DNA of 64,000 bases from Octopus sinensis (Eukaryota). Shown piece by piece: positions 25,440 to 37,868 of this stretch (within the stretch, counting starts at the first letter, position 1; each line of letters opens with the position of its first letter). The stretch is from the NCBI RefSeq assembly GCF_006345805.1, contig NC_043014.1, positions 12,152,001 to 12,216,000 on the forward strand, read 5' to 3'. The position numbers were made by a program, and so were the translations under genes. The notes under the pieces were generated by a model. It saw only the letters and a program-made list of their open reading frames with translations. It was not told the DNA's origin and searched no databases.

Positions 25440-25761
25440 TTTTTTATTTATTTATTTATTTATGCGCCCTTTTCAAGCCTAGCCAGGGTTATGGGTCCTG
25501 TTTCCCGGTTTCTGTGGCGTATGAGTTCCCTCCAGCTGGACGGGACGCCAGTCCATTGCAGCGTAACCCAAGAAACAGGAAGAGAGAGTGAGAGAAAGAG
25601 TACAACAGAGTGAGAGAAAGAGTACAACCCCTGCCGGAGCCTCGTGGAGTTTTAGGTGTTTTTCGCTCAATAAACACACACAACGCTCGGTCTGGGAATC
25701 GAAACCGCGATCCTCCGACCGCGAGTCCGCTGCCCTAACCACTGGGCCACTGCGCCTCCAC
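25440..25761 (-). mobile_element. SINE family C with tail type ii
   Basis: Head reverse complement ...CCACTGCGCCTCCAC; TSD ATCAAACAAA. Confidence 0.82.
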
Positions 25762-26351
25762 ATCAAACAAAATTGGTAACCAATATTATAAAACATAACT
25801 AGATCACAAAAAGTACAAATTTTGTACATTTTGTGATTTAGTTATATGTTTTATAATATTTTTTTTTTTTCTATATGATATGGTTTATGTCTATCATTGT
25901 TTGAATTTACATAATTTATATATATTATATATATATTTTGTGAAATTTGATTTATTACTAAATTGAATTTTTCCCTGTAAGTTTGGAGTTATACTCCCTA
26001 TTATTATTATTATTATTATACATATATATATATATATATGGGAGGCAACCAGATCGAACAGACTCAAGTGTAACTGCCCAAAACTGTCGTGACATCTGGT
26101 ACTTGAATGAGGAAAGAAGGCCACAAATGCCCCGTCTTTTTTGCCTGTTTTAATTGTTATTTCTCTTGTCCGCCTTTGTATCGTCTGTCTGTCTGAATGT
26201 TTATTGTCCTCTATTGCATCTTTGTTCCATTCTATATATATACATATATATATATATATATAATATATATATATATACATATTGATAAAAATGGTAAGAC
26301 AACAAAAGAATAAAAGAGACCTCGATATTATGTAAATAGAGGAATTTATCA

Positions 26352-26527
26352 GTAAAAGTAATAGGTGACAAATATTGGTTGCCATGATAAAAAAAACTCC
26401 GAGTTTCGGATGCCGAGGTGGAAATCCACGGATAACTGAAGAGATGGCGGCGTGAATTTCCACCTCGGCATCCGAAACTCGGAGTTTTTATCATGGCTAC
26501 CGAATAATTGTCACTTATTACTTTCAC
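26352..26527. repeat. Long inverted repeat (about 78-bp arms, 20-nt loop) within a (TA)n-embedded element
   Basis: The arm ...GCCATGATAAAAAAAACTCCGAGTTTCGGATGCCGAGGTGGAAATCCACG is mirrored by CGTGAATTTCCACCTCGGCATCCGAAACTCGGAGTTTTTATCATGGC... Confidence 0.9.
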
Positions 26528-26605
26528 AGTAATATATATATATATATATATATATATATCCATGTGTGTGCGTATCTAGATAGATAGATAGATAGATAGA
26601 TAGAT

Positions 26606-26680
<75 letters not shown>

Positions 26681-27338
26681 GTAAGGAGCACGAAGTGTTT
26701 TTGCTTTAAGGGGGTTTTGTAATAGAAGGAAATAAATGGTAATAAATGGTAAATGGCATATGATTCTTTACTAATGTCTTTTATTAGACACCAGATGTGG
26801 ACAGAGACGTCGTGGTCTTATATGAACATCTTGCAAGAAAATGAGCTTCATAGTTTCACAAAGACATAAGAATATTAATGGATTGTAGAGCAACAATAAA
26901 AATTAACATTAAAGAACAAAAATAGCTCTATCTGCACTATCCACACGGAAACAAAACAATATATATTAGCGACAGAGGCAGTATTAATACGAAGTAATAT
27001 CTATCCTCACTTAAACACTTAGACGTGGATGTTCTGTTTGAAAAAGCTTTACTGCAGTAGATACCCTAAGAAAAACACTCGGATGGATTTTAGGGGCGAA
27101 ACGTATACTTGTTTATATCATTGGCGGGAAGATTAATCCCCGCCATTCCCAGCGCCCAGACCACCAGATCACATTAGTTTGACCTTCCTTGATCTCGTCA
27201 ATGATGGAAGCTCGGCCACTAAAAATTATAGAGCAAAAGGAAAAGAAAAGTCTTTTCGCTTCATCACTTGTTAAATTCATCGACCTCGAAAGTCGACCTC
27301 GGCGGAATTTGAACTCAGAACGTAGCATTTCGCCCGGC

Positions 27339-27376
<38 letters not shown>

Positions 27377-27386
27377 TGATGATGAT

Positions 27387-27752
27387 AACAAGAGCACTCA
27401 AAGAGCGCAAACCTCCGCCAAGGCAACACCAACGTCCTCTCAATGATTAGCCAGAGATGATTTTTAAAATGAGAATATCTGAAATAATCTCGACTGCTCT
27501 CACAAATGAGAATACTAAAAATGAACCCGACCGCTCTCAAAAATTAAGTAAAAAACAAAACAGGAAAAATAATCCAAAATCCTTGTCCGGTACCGGATCG
27601 ATCCGATCCCAAAATCTAATCAGTTCCAAACATTCCTGAAAGTTTCATCCAAATCCATCCAGTGGTTCTTGAGAGATCTCGTCCACGAACAAGTAAACAA
27701 ACAAACAAACACGACTGAAAACAATAACTCCACCTTCGCTAAGGCGGAGATG

Positions 27753-27756
<4 letters not shown>
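27387..27756 (-). mobile_element. Helentron-associated (HINE/DINE-1-like) non-autonomous element
   Basis: Subterminal inverted CTCCGCC motifs, (GTTT)n after the 5' end, 3' hairpin GCGCTC-TTT-GAGTGC, inserted in (TAA)n without a TSD. Confidence 0.7.
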
Positions 27757-27842
<86 letters not shown>

Positions 27843-28258
27843 CTTGATGTCATTTTTCAATTTATTCTGGAGTCACTCAAGCGTAAAGTTTTGTTGACAT
27901 TTACACTATTTCTTCTAAGTATCTCTGTTTGATAGATCTCTTCAGCAAATCTTCGAAAGCACCAACTCTCATTATCTTTTGAACGACTAGCTAATTCCCG
28001 ACCTGTCAGAGCTAATCTTGTCAGGGCTGGAGGTAGGGGAGATATTCTTCTTTTCATTTCTTCCTTTCTTTTATATATTTTTCTTCTTTCACGAATTCTT
28101 GAGATTTTCTGATTTGTAAAATATGTTCGATAGAATATAAACTTAATGGTAATTGGAAGTTCCTGATGTCCATGTTCTTCTTCCAAGACCTTTCTTTTTA
28201 TAATGTTCGTCTTTATCATCATCAACATCATAGTTTTATATTCATCCGACAGAATGGT

Positions 28259-28338
<80 letters not shown>

Positions 28339-28498
28339 CAACAGCAGCAGCACAGGCGGCGAGCTGTCAGAATCATTAGCACGCCGAGCAAAATACTTAG
28401 CAGTATTTGTTCCGACTCGTTCTTTACGTTCCGAGTTCAAATCCCGGCAAGGTCAGCTTTGCCTTTCTATTCCCTCCGAATCGTTAAAATAAAGCACC

Positions 28499-29187
28499 GT
28501 TCTTTTCCTGTTTCACTGCACTTTTTGAAATTTTAAAATAAAGTGAAACATTTCAAATTTGGAATATTGATGTAATTTTACATGTTGAATCTCAATGCCT
28601 AATGCATTTGTTCCAGAAAAAAAAATTTAAGCTACAGAGGTTTAAAATTTGATAGTTTTTACCCAGTCAGAAGACAGGGTTTGGAAGGTGTTATTTTGTG
28701 CATGACTGAAATCGTAAGACAACAAAACAATAATGGGAACATTGCGGTGATAGCACGTGTTTTAAGCATTTGATAAGCGAAAAGCGATCCCAAAACGAGT
28801 AAACCAACATATATTTTATAGTTTTAAGTATTCAAGTGTTGGGTAACGAAAATGCAACGTAAAATATCCAAAAACAGCAACAGATGGGTACAGATAGAAA
28901 AACACAGCTTAAAATATGAACTTGTAGACACACGTGGTTTTTCTCGTAAATAAGATTCTAATGCTTGGCTTGTTACTATGGAAATAGGCACCTATGGGTT
29001 TCGATTGGTTAAAATTACCCAAAATTTACAAACTTTACAAACTATTAACTGTTTATTTATTGAATTATAGCGAAAATGAATTTCATGTCAATAATTAGCA
29101 TACTAAACTACATCAATACACCAAATTTGAAATCAATTGAAACAGAGTTAAGGAAATTGAAAAGTGACAGCCAGACAGAAGAGATCC
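28499..29187. mobile_element. About 690-bp DNA element with GGATC-like termini inserted in a family A SINE
   Basis: 9-bp TSD TAAAGCACC/TAAAACACC (28490-28498, 29188-29196); degenerate TIRs GTTCTTTTCCTGTTT / AGACAGAAGAGATCC; the SINE resumes after the TSD. Confidence 0.7.
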
Positions 29188-30994
29188 TAAAACACCAGTG
29201 GAGTACTGGGCTCAATGTAATCGGCTTGTTCTCTTCCCTTCAAGTATTGCTACCCTTGACCCTGTAACGGACCAGAACCCAGTTTATGGAGGTTTGTCGT
29301 GACCTTGATCACTTATAGGCTATGGAAACCGGGTAACCAGTCCCAGGGCTTGAGGCAAAGAAAAGAAAGAGATAACTTAGACCAGTCAGGGGCAAATTGC
29401 AGCCCGTAGGATTTCCTGAATGGCACACAAATGAAAAATTACCTCGAATTTTTTTTTTTTTTTTTTTTTGTAGTAGTGTGGTCTGCCTCAATACGAGCAA
29501 TGTCTCATGCGATTCGCTTCTCGCTAAAGGTCACCCATGCTTGGCTTAGACAGCAGGGAGATAAGCTAAATAAATATCAACAAAATAGGGGCACTCTTGA
29601 AGGGGATTTGGGAGGTTCTCTTGTAATTTGCGAAGCGAAAGAGGGCGTGCGTTTTTTTTTGTTTGTTTTCTAGGGGTTGCGGGGATGTTAACAACCCAAC
29701 GCCGGTTGTCAAGCAGCGGTGGGTCACAAACACACACACACACGAGTGTCTTCCACACTATTTCCCGGTTCGGGATACTATTGTTGAAGGCACTTGTCCA
29801 AGGTACCGGTCAGTGGGACTGAATCCGAAACCCCACGGTTGCAAGGTTTTCTAGTGGTTGTCCTTGTGCTGCAGGGACGAATCACACAGTCGGTAGTAAC
29901 GTGTAACGTTCTAACTGATTGTTCGTTGTTTAGACCTGCGTCAGTCCTAATCGAGCAGACCCATGATCAAAAGTCCCGTTTGTCTGTCCTTGTTTGTCCC
30001 CTCTGTATATAGCCCCTTCTGGGCAGTAAAGAAGTAAGACCCATGATCAAAAGTTCTTTCCAGTCGTGACCGTCTGGTTTTTCCTTATGCGCAAGTAATC
30101 CAAAATCGCACTATCCAATGTGTCATTTCTTCTTGAAGAGGGTAGAGTATGATTTGAGGGAGGCTTCAACCATTATTCTTAGCACGTCGAGTGACTACAT
30201 AGACGGTCTCTCTTTGGATATTGTCTTACGGAAAAATTAAAATTAAAAATACCAATGATGTTCTCTGTCACCTTGAATCTCTACACCTTCCGCAAAACCA
30301 GACTCCACTGAACATCTCTCTTATGTTACTCACCAATCAGTTGGCTCATGTTTAGAGAAGTTCGATTGTGTTTAACATGCAAATCTCCCGCCAAAACCTT
30401 CCAGTAACGGATTCCGCCCATCATCTCTTGAACCGACAGCTTCCTATTGGACCGTATCTTATTTCTTTATTGCCCACAAATGGCTAAACATAGAGGGGAG
30501 CAAACAAGGATAGACAAAGGCATTAAGTCGATTACATTGACCCCAGTGCGGAACTGGTACTTAATTTATCGATCCCGAAAGGATGAAAGGTAAGGTCGAC
30601 CTCGGTTGAAATTTGAACTCAGAATGTAAAGACAGATGAAATACCGCTAAGCATTTCGCCCGGCGTACTAACGTTTCTTATTTCTTTATTGCCTACAAGG
30701 GGCTAAACATAGAGGGGATTAATGAGGATATTTATTTTATCGCATTTGTTTTATAATTTTTATATTTATAATTCTGTTCTCCATATAAATAGATTCAATA
30801 AAACTTTCGAATTCAAAGAATCTATAATTTTCTTCCGTTCAAATCAATGGAGTAAAGTCGGCATAAATAAATATATTTTAGGGTAATTGGTTAAAAACTT
30901 TCCCCGACCCTTGGTTTATGCCATATGGCGACAATGGTGGCAATGTTTTAGTCACGTGATCAGAGCTCACATCCTCGGGGGTTGGGCGGACTGA

Positions 30995-31150
30995 AGACGG
31001 GGTCAGGAGCAACAAAGACAAAGATGGGATGATAACATCAAGGAGTAGACCGGAAGGAACCTGGCGAAGTGTACAGCTGCAGCACAAAGCCGCAGTGTAC
31101 GGTGATCAGTGGTGATTGTGTCTCATGCACCTGACCCTCACCCACGAGGA
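30995..31150 (+). pseudogene. RTE-type LINE ORF 3'-end remnant
   Basis: Translates as RGQEQQRQRWDDNIKE*TGRNLAKCTAAAQSRSVR*SVV, matching the RTE C-terminal pattern R.RW.DNIKEWTG...AA..R..WR. Confidence 0.65.
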
Positions 31151-31607
31151 TTTACATGCTCATCCGTTCATTCAATCATTCATTAACTCACTCACTCATT
31201 CATTCATTTATTCAATTATTCATTTTTGCTTACATCGTCCTCCGATGCAAAAGAAAAATCATTACCAATTTATAAAAAAAAAAAAACAGAAACTAAAAGT
31301 AAGTAAAACATAATAATATATTTAAATAAAATATATGCCCCCTTTTTAAAGCCTAGCCAGGCTGAAGGGCCCGGTTTCCCGGTTCCCCAGCGTTACTCAT
31401 TTTTGCCAGCTGGGTGGACTGAAGCAACGTGAAATGAAGTATTTTGCTCAAGAACACAACGCATCGCCTGGTCCAGGAATCGAAACCACAATCTTACGAT
31501 CATGATACCGACACCCTAACCACTAAGCCACGCGCCTCCACTAATAATATATTTGCCGGTGGAAATTATGATTAAAAAAATTAATTATTTTAATTAACTG
31601 GACTTAC

Positions 31608-31751
31608 CATGTGCTTTGCAATGCTTTCGAAGTCTGAACTTTATCGGTGACCCTTCGATGGCTTTGCCAGTGTGGTCAAATACTTGAAGGCCAAGACTGA
31701 GGTGAGCCACTCCATCTTTATGTCCGGTACAAGGAATGGCAACTTGAAAGT
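31608..31751 (-). CDS. WIF1: WIF1/Shifted-like gene, internal exon (C-terminal part of the WIF domain): (D)FQVAIPCTGHKDGVAHLSLGLQVFDHTGKAIEGSPIKFRLRKHCKAH
   Basis: ttttattAG acceptor and GTAAGT donor, 144 bp, phase 1/1. PCxG..DGVA and GxP+.+.+.K.C motifs with two Cys 37 residues apart, as in WIF domains; reads more like Shifted/WIF1 than RYK. Confidence 0.9.
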
Positions 31752-32101
31752 CTAATAAAAACAATAAATAAATAAATGAATAAATAAATAAATAAATGTA
31801 AGGTAGCGGATCGGGAAATGAATAATAACGAAAATGGGATGGGTCTCGGGATGGGAATATAGAAATGATAACAGCGGAAGAAAAACCTTAACATGTACTA
31901 TATGAACTGTATCTATTATGATAATGAATTCATTCTGCGAATACAATGCTATTGTAATAATGTAGGAGGATGACGCAGGATAGAGAAATGCTTAGTGACA
32001 CCTGCTGCACGAAAAACAAAATGTAAAGCCGGTACTGATATACATAATTTATTGAGCAAAGAAATTCTAATTAATTCATAGAAATTAATGTAAATTCCTA
32101 A

Positions 32102-33320
32102 AGACGGCGAGCTGGCTGAATTAACACTTCGGACAAAATACTTAGCGGTATTTCGTCTGCCGCTACGTTCTGAGTTCAAATTCCGCCGAGGTCGACTTTG
32201 CCTTTCATTCTTTCGGGGTCGATAAATTAAGTACCAGTTACCCACTGGGGTCGATGTAATCGACTTTATCCATTTGTCTGTCCTTGTTTGTTCCCTCTGT
32301 GTTTAGCCCCTTACTCTTTTACTCTTTTACTTGTTTCAGTCATTTGACTGCGGCCATGCTGGAGCACCGCCTTTAATCGAGCAACTCGACCCCGGGACTA
32401 CCCTTGTGGGTAGTAAAGAAATAGGTATTTTACGTTCTGAGTTCAAATTGCGCCGAAGTCGACTTTGCCTTTCATCCTTTCGGGGTCGATAAATTAAGTA
32501 CCAGTTACGTACTGGGGTCGATGTAATCGACTTAATACCTATGTCTGTCCTTGTTTGTTGTCCTCTCTATGTTTAGCCCCTTGTGGGTAATAAAGAAATA
32601 GGTACTGATATACATAATTTCAAGGCGGCGAGCTGGCAGAAACGTTAGCACGCCGGCCGAAATGCTTTTCCGTATTTCGTCTGCGTTACGCTCTGAGTTC
32701 AAATTCCGCCGAGGTCGACTTTGCCTTTCATCCTTTCGGGGTCGATAAATTAAGTACCAGTTACGCACTGGGGTCGATGTAATCGACTTAATACCTATGT
32801 CTGTCCTTAATACCTATGTCTGTCCTTGTTTGTCCTCTCTGTGTTTAGCCCCTTGTGGGTAATAAAGAAATAGGTACTGATATACATAATTTATTGAGCA
32901 AAGAAATTCTAATTAATTCATGGAAATTAATGTAAATTCCTAAGGTCGGCGGGCTGGCTGAATTGTTAACACTCGGGACAAAATGCTTAGTGGTATAATG
33001 CTTTTATGTCCGTTTCGTCTGCCGCTACGTTCTGAGTTCAAATTCCGCCGAGGTCGACTTTGCCTTTCATCCTTTCGGGGTCGATAAATTAAGTACCAGT
33101 TATGCACTGGGATCGATGTAATCGACTTAATCCGTTTGTCTGTCCTTGTTTTTCCTTGTATTTCGTCCGTTTTTACGTTCTAAGTTCAAATTCCGCCGAG
33201 GTCGACTTTACTGTTAATCCTTTCGGAGTCGATAAAATAAGTAGCAGTTTAGCACTGCGGTCTTTGTAATCGACTTAGCGTCTCTCCCGAAACTGCTGGC
33301 CTTGTGCGAAAAATTGAAAC
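32102..33320 (+). mobile_element. Family A SINE array with a nested family B fragment and duplicated flank
   Basis: About 5 core repeats; the flank GGTACTGATATACATAATTT... recurs at about 32031, 32602 and 32872. Confidence 0.85.
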
Positions 33321-34129
33321 TAATTAACATAAACTCCATGGTTATATTCCTTGTTTTTTTTTTATTTTGTCGGGGGTGTTTTAGAGTTTTAGCAGAAATA
33401 ATAAGTAAACTACTGAATTTGATCTCCTTGCGCCAAAATATTATAATAACCATGTTTGTTGGCGTATGGGATCCACTTTCGCATAAGACGCAACCTTACT
33501 TCACAAATATATTTTGTAAATGAAAGCAAATTTACTTTTTCATCATAGACTTATAAAAGAATACCTTGAAGTGCTATATATAGGCGTAAATGTATGATTC
33601 TGTACATGTAAGCTCAATGTTGTGAGAACCAAAAGTCTTTGTATACGTTGTAACAATATTCGAGGGTGTATATATTGAAACTGTATTTCAACATTATCTT
33701 GTTTCTCTACGTTCTGAGTTCGAATCCCGCCAAAGTTAGCTTTGCCTTGTCATCCCGACATCGGGGTTGATAAAATAAAGTATGACACAAGTACTGGGAC
33801 CAATGTAATCGACAATCTCCAACCCTCAAAATTTGATAGCCTTGAGCCCTACAATACACCGGCACCTCGTTCGGGTGGAACGTTCTGTCTCGGTTACATA
33901 TACGCCATGGAAACCAAGTAAGTGTCTTTAGGAGTCCGAGGGCTCCAGAAAACAAAGTCTGCGCATAGTGTTAAAATATTTTGAGTATCAAGAACTTTTG
34001 CTTATGCTCGAATATTACAAACGCTATTCGCACTGAAGATTTGAGTGTGTGCGTGCGTGCGTGTTAACTATTAGCTAGCACTCCATCAGTTACGACAACG
34101 AGGGTTAAAGTTGATCTTATTATATATAT

Positions 34130-34161
<32 letters not shown>

Positions 34162-34425
34162 TATATATATATGTTTTTATACTTTTTCGTTTTTCGTTTT
34201 TCGTTTCTCGTTTAGTTCTACGTTTTTCTAATTGTGGTGTTCTCTACTCACGTATATATATTTATATGCATGTTATATATACATGTAGATGTAGGTACGT
34301 ACATATATGTATGTATGTATGCTATATTTTATTTATTACACTATTGTATGACTGAGCGCCATCGCATCGATTCGATTCGATTCGTTTCGTTTTCGTTTCG
34401 TTTCTCCTTCTTCTCTAAGCCAGTT

Positions 34426-34471
<46 letters not shown>

Positions 34472-34472
<1 letters not shown>

Positions 34473-34655
34473 CAATTATATATATGAGCAAAGGAAAGTT
34501 TCTATGCCATTATGCTGAAAAATAGACCTTAGACAGTCTAACCACATACAATATTTTTGACTATAAATACACAGCGTGGTTAGATGATCTAACGTCTTTT
34601 TTTTTCAGCATATTGGCATAGAATTTTTTTTCTTTTGCCCTTATTTATAATTGTT
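34472..34655. repeat. Hairpin/foldback element (about 70-bp imperfect arms)
   Basis: ...TTCTATGCCATTATGCTGAAAAATAGACCTTAGACAGTCTAACCAC mirrored by GTGGTTAGATGATCTAACGTCTTTTTTTTTCAGCATATTGGCATAGAA. Confidence 0.8.
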
Positions 34656-34718
34656 TATATTTTCATCAGGTATGCTGGCCACTGATAATTTTTTTTTATT
34701 TTATCCTTATATTAGAAG

Positions 34719-34780
<62 letters not shown>

Positions 34781-35013
34781 TAATACAACAACAACAACAA
34801 CAACAGCAACAGTAATAATAATAATAATAATAATAATAATGATAATAATAGGGAATATAATTCCAAAACTTACAGGGAAAAATTCAATTTAACAATTTTA
34901 AATCAAATTTCACAATATATAATTTAGAGAAAAACACTATTAAACAATTCAATAAAGAACGATGTTATTCACACTATATAGAAAACATATACTATAGTAT
35001 ATATTAGTAATAT

Positions 35014-35049
<36 letters not shown>

Positions 35050-35123
35050 TGAACTTGAACCATCGTCGTCGTAACTGATGGAGTACCAATTATAGTTAAC
35101 ACACCACGCCTATATTATATATA

Positions 35124-35154
<31 letters not shown>

Positions 35155-35309
35155 GGCGTGGCTATGGGTAAGAAGCTTGCTCCCCAACCACATGGTTCTG
35201 GGTTCACTCCCTCGGCGTGGCACATGGGCAAAAGTCTTCTAATATAGCTTCGGGCCGACCAAAGCCTATGAGTGGACCTGGTAGACAGAAACTGAAAGAA
35301 GCCTGTCGC

Positions 35310-35358
<49 letters not shown>

Positions 35359-36129
35359 TATGTGGTGTGTGTGTGTGTTGTGTGTGTGTGTGTGTGTGTG
35401 TTGTGTGTGTGTGTGTTGTTATATGTATGTGTGTATGTATGTGTGTGTATGTATGTTGTATGTATGTTGTATGTATGTATGTATTATTATGTTATGTATG
35501 TATGTATATGCGTGTGTGTGTATGTGTGTGTATTTATGTGTGTGCGTCTTTGTGTCGTATTTGTTCCTCCACAATCATTTGATAACCGATGTTCGTGTGC
35601 TTATGTCCCTGTAACTTAGCGTTTCTGCAAAAGAGACCGATAGAATAAGTATAGGTTTACAAAGAATAAGTTCTGTGGTCTATTTCTTCATATAAAAGAC
35701 ACTTAAAGGCGGTGCTCCATCATGACCGCAGTCAAATTACTAAAACAAGTAAAGAATATATATATAAATATATATATATCTTTTATTTTTCATCTTTTCT
35801 TTTACTTGTTTCTGTCATTCGACTGCGGCCATGCTGGAGCACCGTCTTAAAGGGGTTTTTAATCAAATCCAGGAGCACAGCCTTGAAGAAGTTTAGTCAG
35901 GATGTAAACACACTAACACCGGTTGTCAAACAGTGGTGAGAAACAAAGATAGACACAAAGACACACACACATATATATACATATATGAAGGGCTTCTTTT
36001 CAGTTTCCTTTCATCAAATCCACCCACAAGGCTTTAATTGCCCCGAAGCTACAATAAAAGACACTTGCCTAAAGTTTCATGCAGTGATACTGAACCTGGA
36101 ACAATCGGACAATATGGGTACGAAGGCCC

Positions 36130-36395
36130 TAAATCACCAGGGTGACCCATGTAAAACTCAAAAGATATTTAAAGAAAAATGCTACGATCAGCGAGAAAAT
36201 GAATCCCAGCCACCTTTTTGTGTGCGCAATTTGTGACAGACCCATGCCTTTCTTTTGCTGGGCTCAGATCACATTTGCGGGCCCACCTCCACCAGCTACT
36301 CTGCCTATCTATTTGTGCATACTGTCAATGCAATGTATGCCATAAGGTCTGCAATTCTAACGGAGGCCTCGAAAGATATGGTAAGATCCACAAGG
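36130..36395 (+). pseudogene. Tandem C2H2 zinc-finger remnant, probably an RTE-type LINE ORF C-terminus
   Basis: With one frameshift near 36243: FVCAICDRPCLSFAGLRSHLRAH (Cx2Cx12Hx3H) and CNVCHKVCNSNGGLERYGKIH, preceded by basic KLKRYLKK. Confidence 0.65.
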
Positions 36396-36762
36396 ATCTG
36401 AACTTAACTGCAGCTCTTGGTGGATCAGAACTTAACTGCAGCTCAAGGATCAGAGCTTAACTGCAGCTCAAGGATCAGAACTTAACTGCAGTTCAAACAT
36501 AACTGCACCACAAGGATCAGAACTTAACTGTAGCTCAAGGATCAGAACTTAACTGCAGCTCAAGGATCAGAACTTAACTGCAGCTCAAGGATCAGAGCTT
36601 AACTGCAGCTCAAGGGTCAGAGCTTAACTGCAGCTCAAGGATCAGAGCTTAACTGCAGCTCAAGGATCAGAGCTTAATTGCAGCTCAAGGTCAGAGCTTA
36701 ACTGCAGCTCAAGGATTAGAACTTAACTGCAGCTCAAGGATCAGGACTTAACTGCAGCTCAA
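36391..36762. repeat. 25-bp minisatellite, about 15 units (CAAGGATCAGA[A/G]CTTAACTGCAGCT)
   Basis: Contiguous near-identical units with no spacers. Confidence 0.95.
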
Positions 36763-37535
36763 AGTAGAGATGCAATTTATGTGGGTGTCTTTTCAAAACA
36801 TTGTCTAGTTTAAAAATCCATATCAGACACCATGATGGATCTAAGGTGTAATTAAAAGAGGTGGTAGACTCTACATAAGGAGTAGGCAATTACCATATAA
36901 GCATACATAAAGTATGTTACTGAGATAAGTGCAGAGAGGTGGGGAAGAGAGAGAGAGAGTACAATGCGCAGAGCAAGATTTCGAGCAGACAAGTTCGCAC
37001 GGCAAGTATTGGTGGGACGTAAGCCACACGACAGCACTAGATACACCCGGTCTGTTGTCGTGAATCAGCCTTACAGTTGCATTATTATATATGTACTTGA
37101 ATCGCTTGCTGACACTTTAACTAAAGGAAACACTTGTGGGGAGATTACGAACCCAGATAGCATTGCTGACAACTTAATTTCTATTTATTTCTGAATGAGC
37201 AAAGCAATCCTATAAAGGTTTGCTTTTAAAAACTTCATTTTCACCTCCGGGCAATTAAGTATGTCTTCTTTTTAATTTTACAAGATACAAACAAGATCGT
37301 ATTTATAAGACTACAACGATATCATAAGCGTCTGCAACGTAACTTGAAATATGAGTAGATTAAAAAGTAACAATAACAAAGATAATAATGATAATAATAA
37401 TATCTACAACAATGGAAGCGATAAAAATGACGACGAGACCAATGGCTGTTAAATGTAATCTATCTTATTAAATCTTTTGATACATGAATACATTACACGT
37501 ATACACATAGATACACAAAATATATATATATGTAT

Positions 37536-37580
<45 letters not shown>

Positions 37581-37729
37581 TTACATATATATATATATAA
37601 TAATATATACATATATATATCATATATACATATATACATATATCACATATATATACCATATATACATATATACATATATATACATATATACATACATTCG
37701 TATATTTTATAACATATATACATATATAC

Positions 37730-37801
<72 letters not shown>

Positions 37802-37868
37802 CACACCCACTATATAATATATTAACATACATGCAGCAATAATTATGTAAGAAAATTATTTCTACTAC

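Noticed and set aside
27121-27145. Small hairpin TGGCGGGAAGATTAATCCCCGCCA with E2F/TAATCC motifs
   Set aside because: Too short to distinguish from chance without conservation data.
36391-36762. CRISPR-like array
   Set aside because: Units are contiguous with no unique spacers, there are no cas genes, and the context is eukaryotic.
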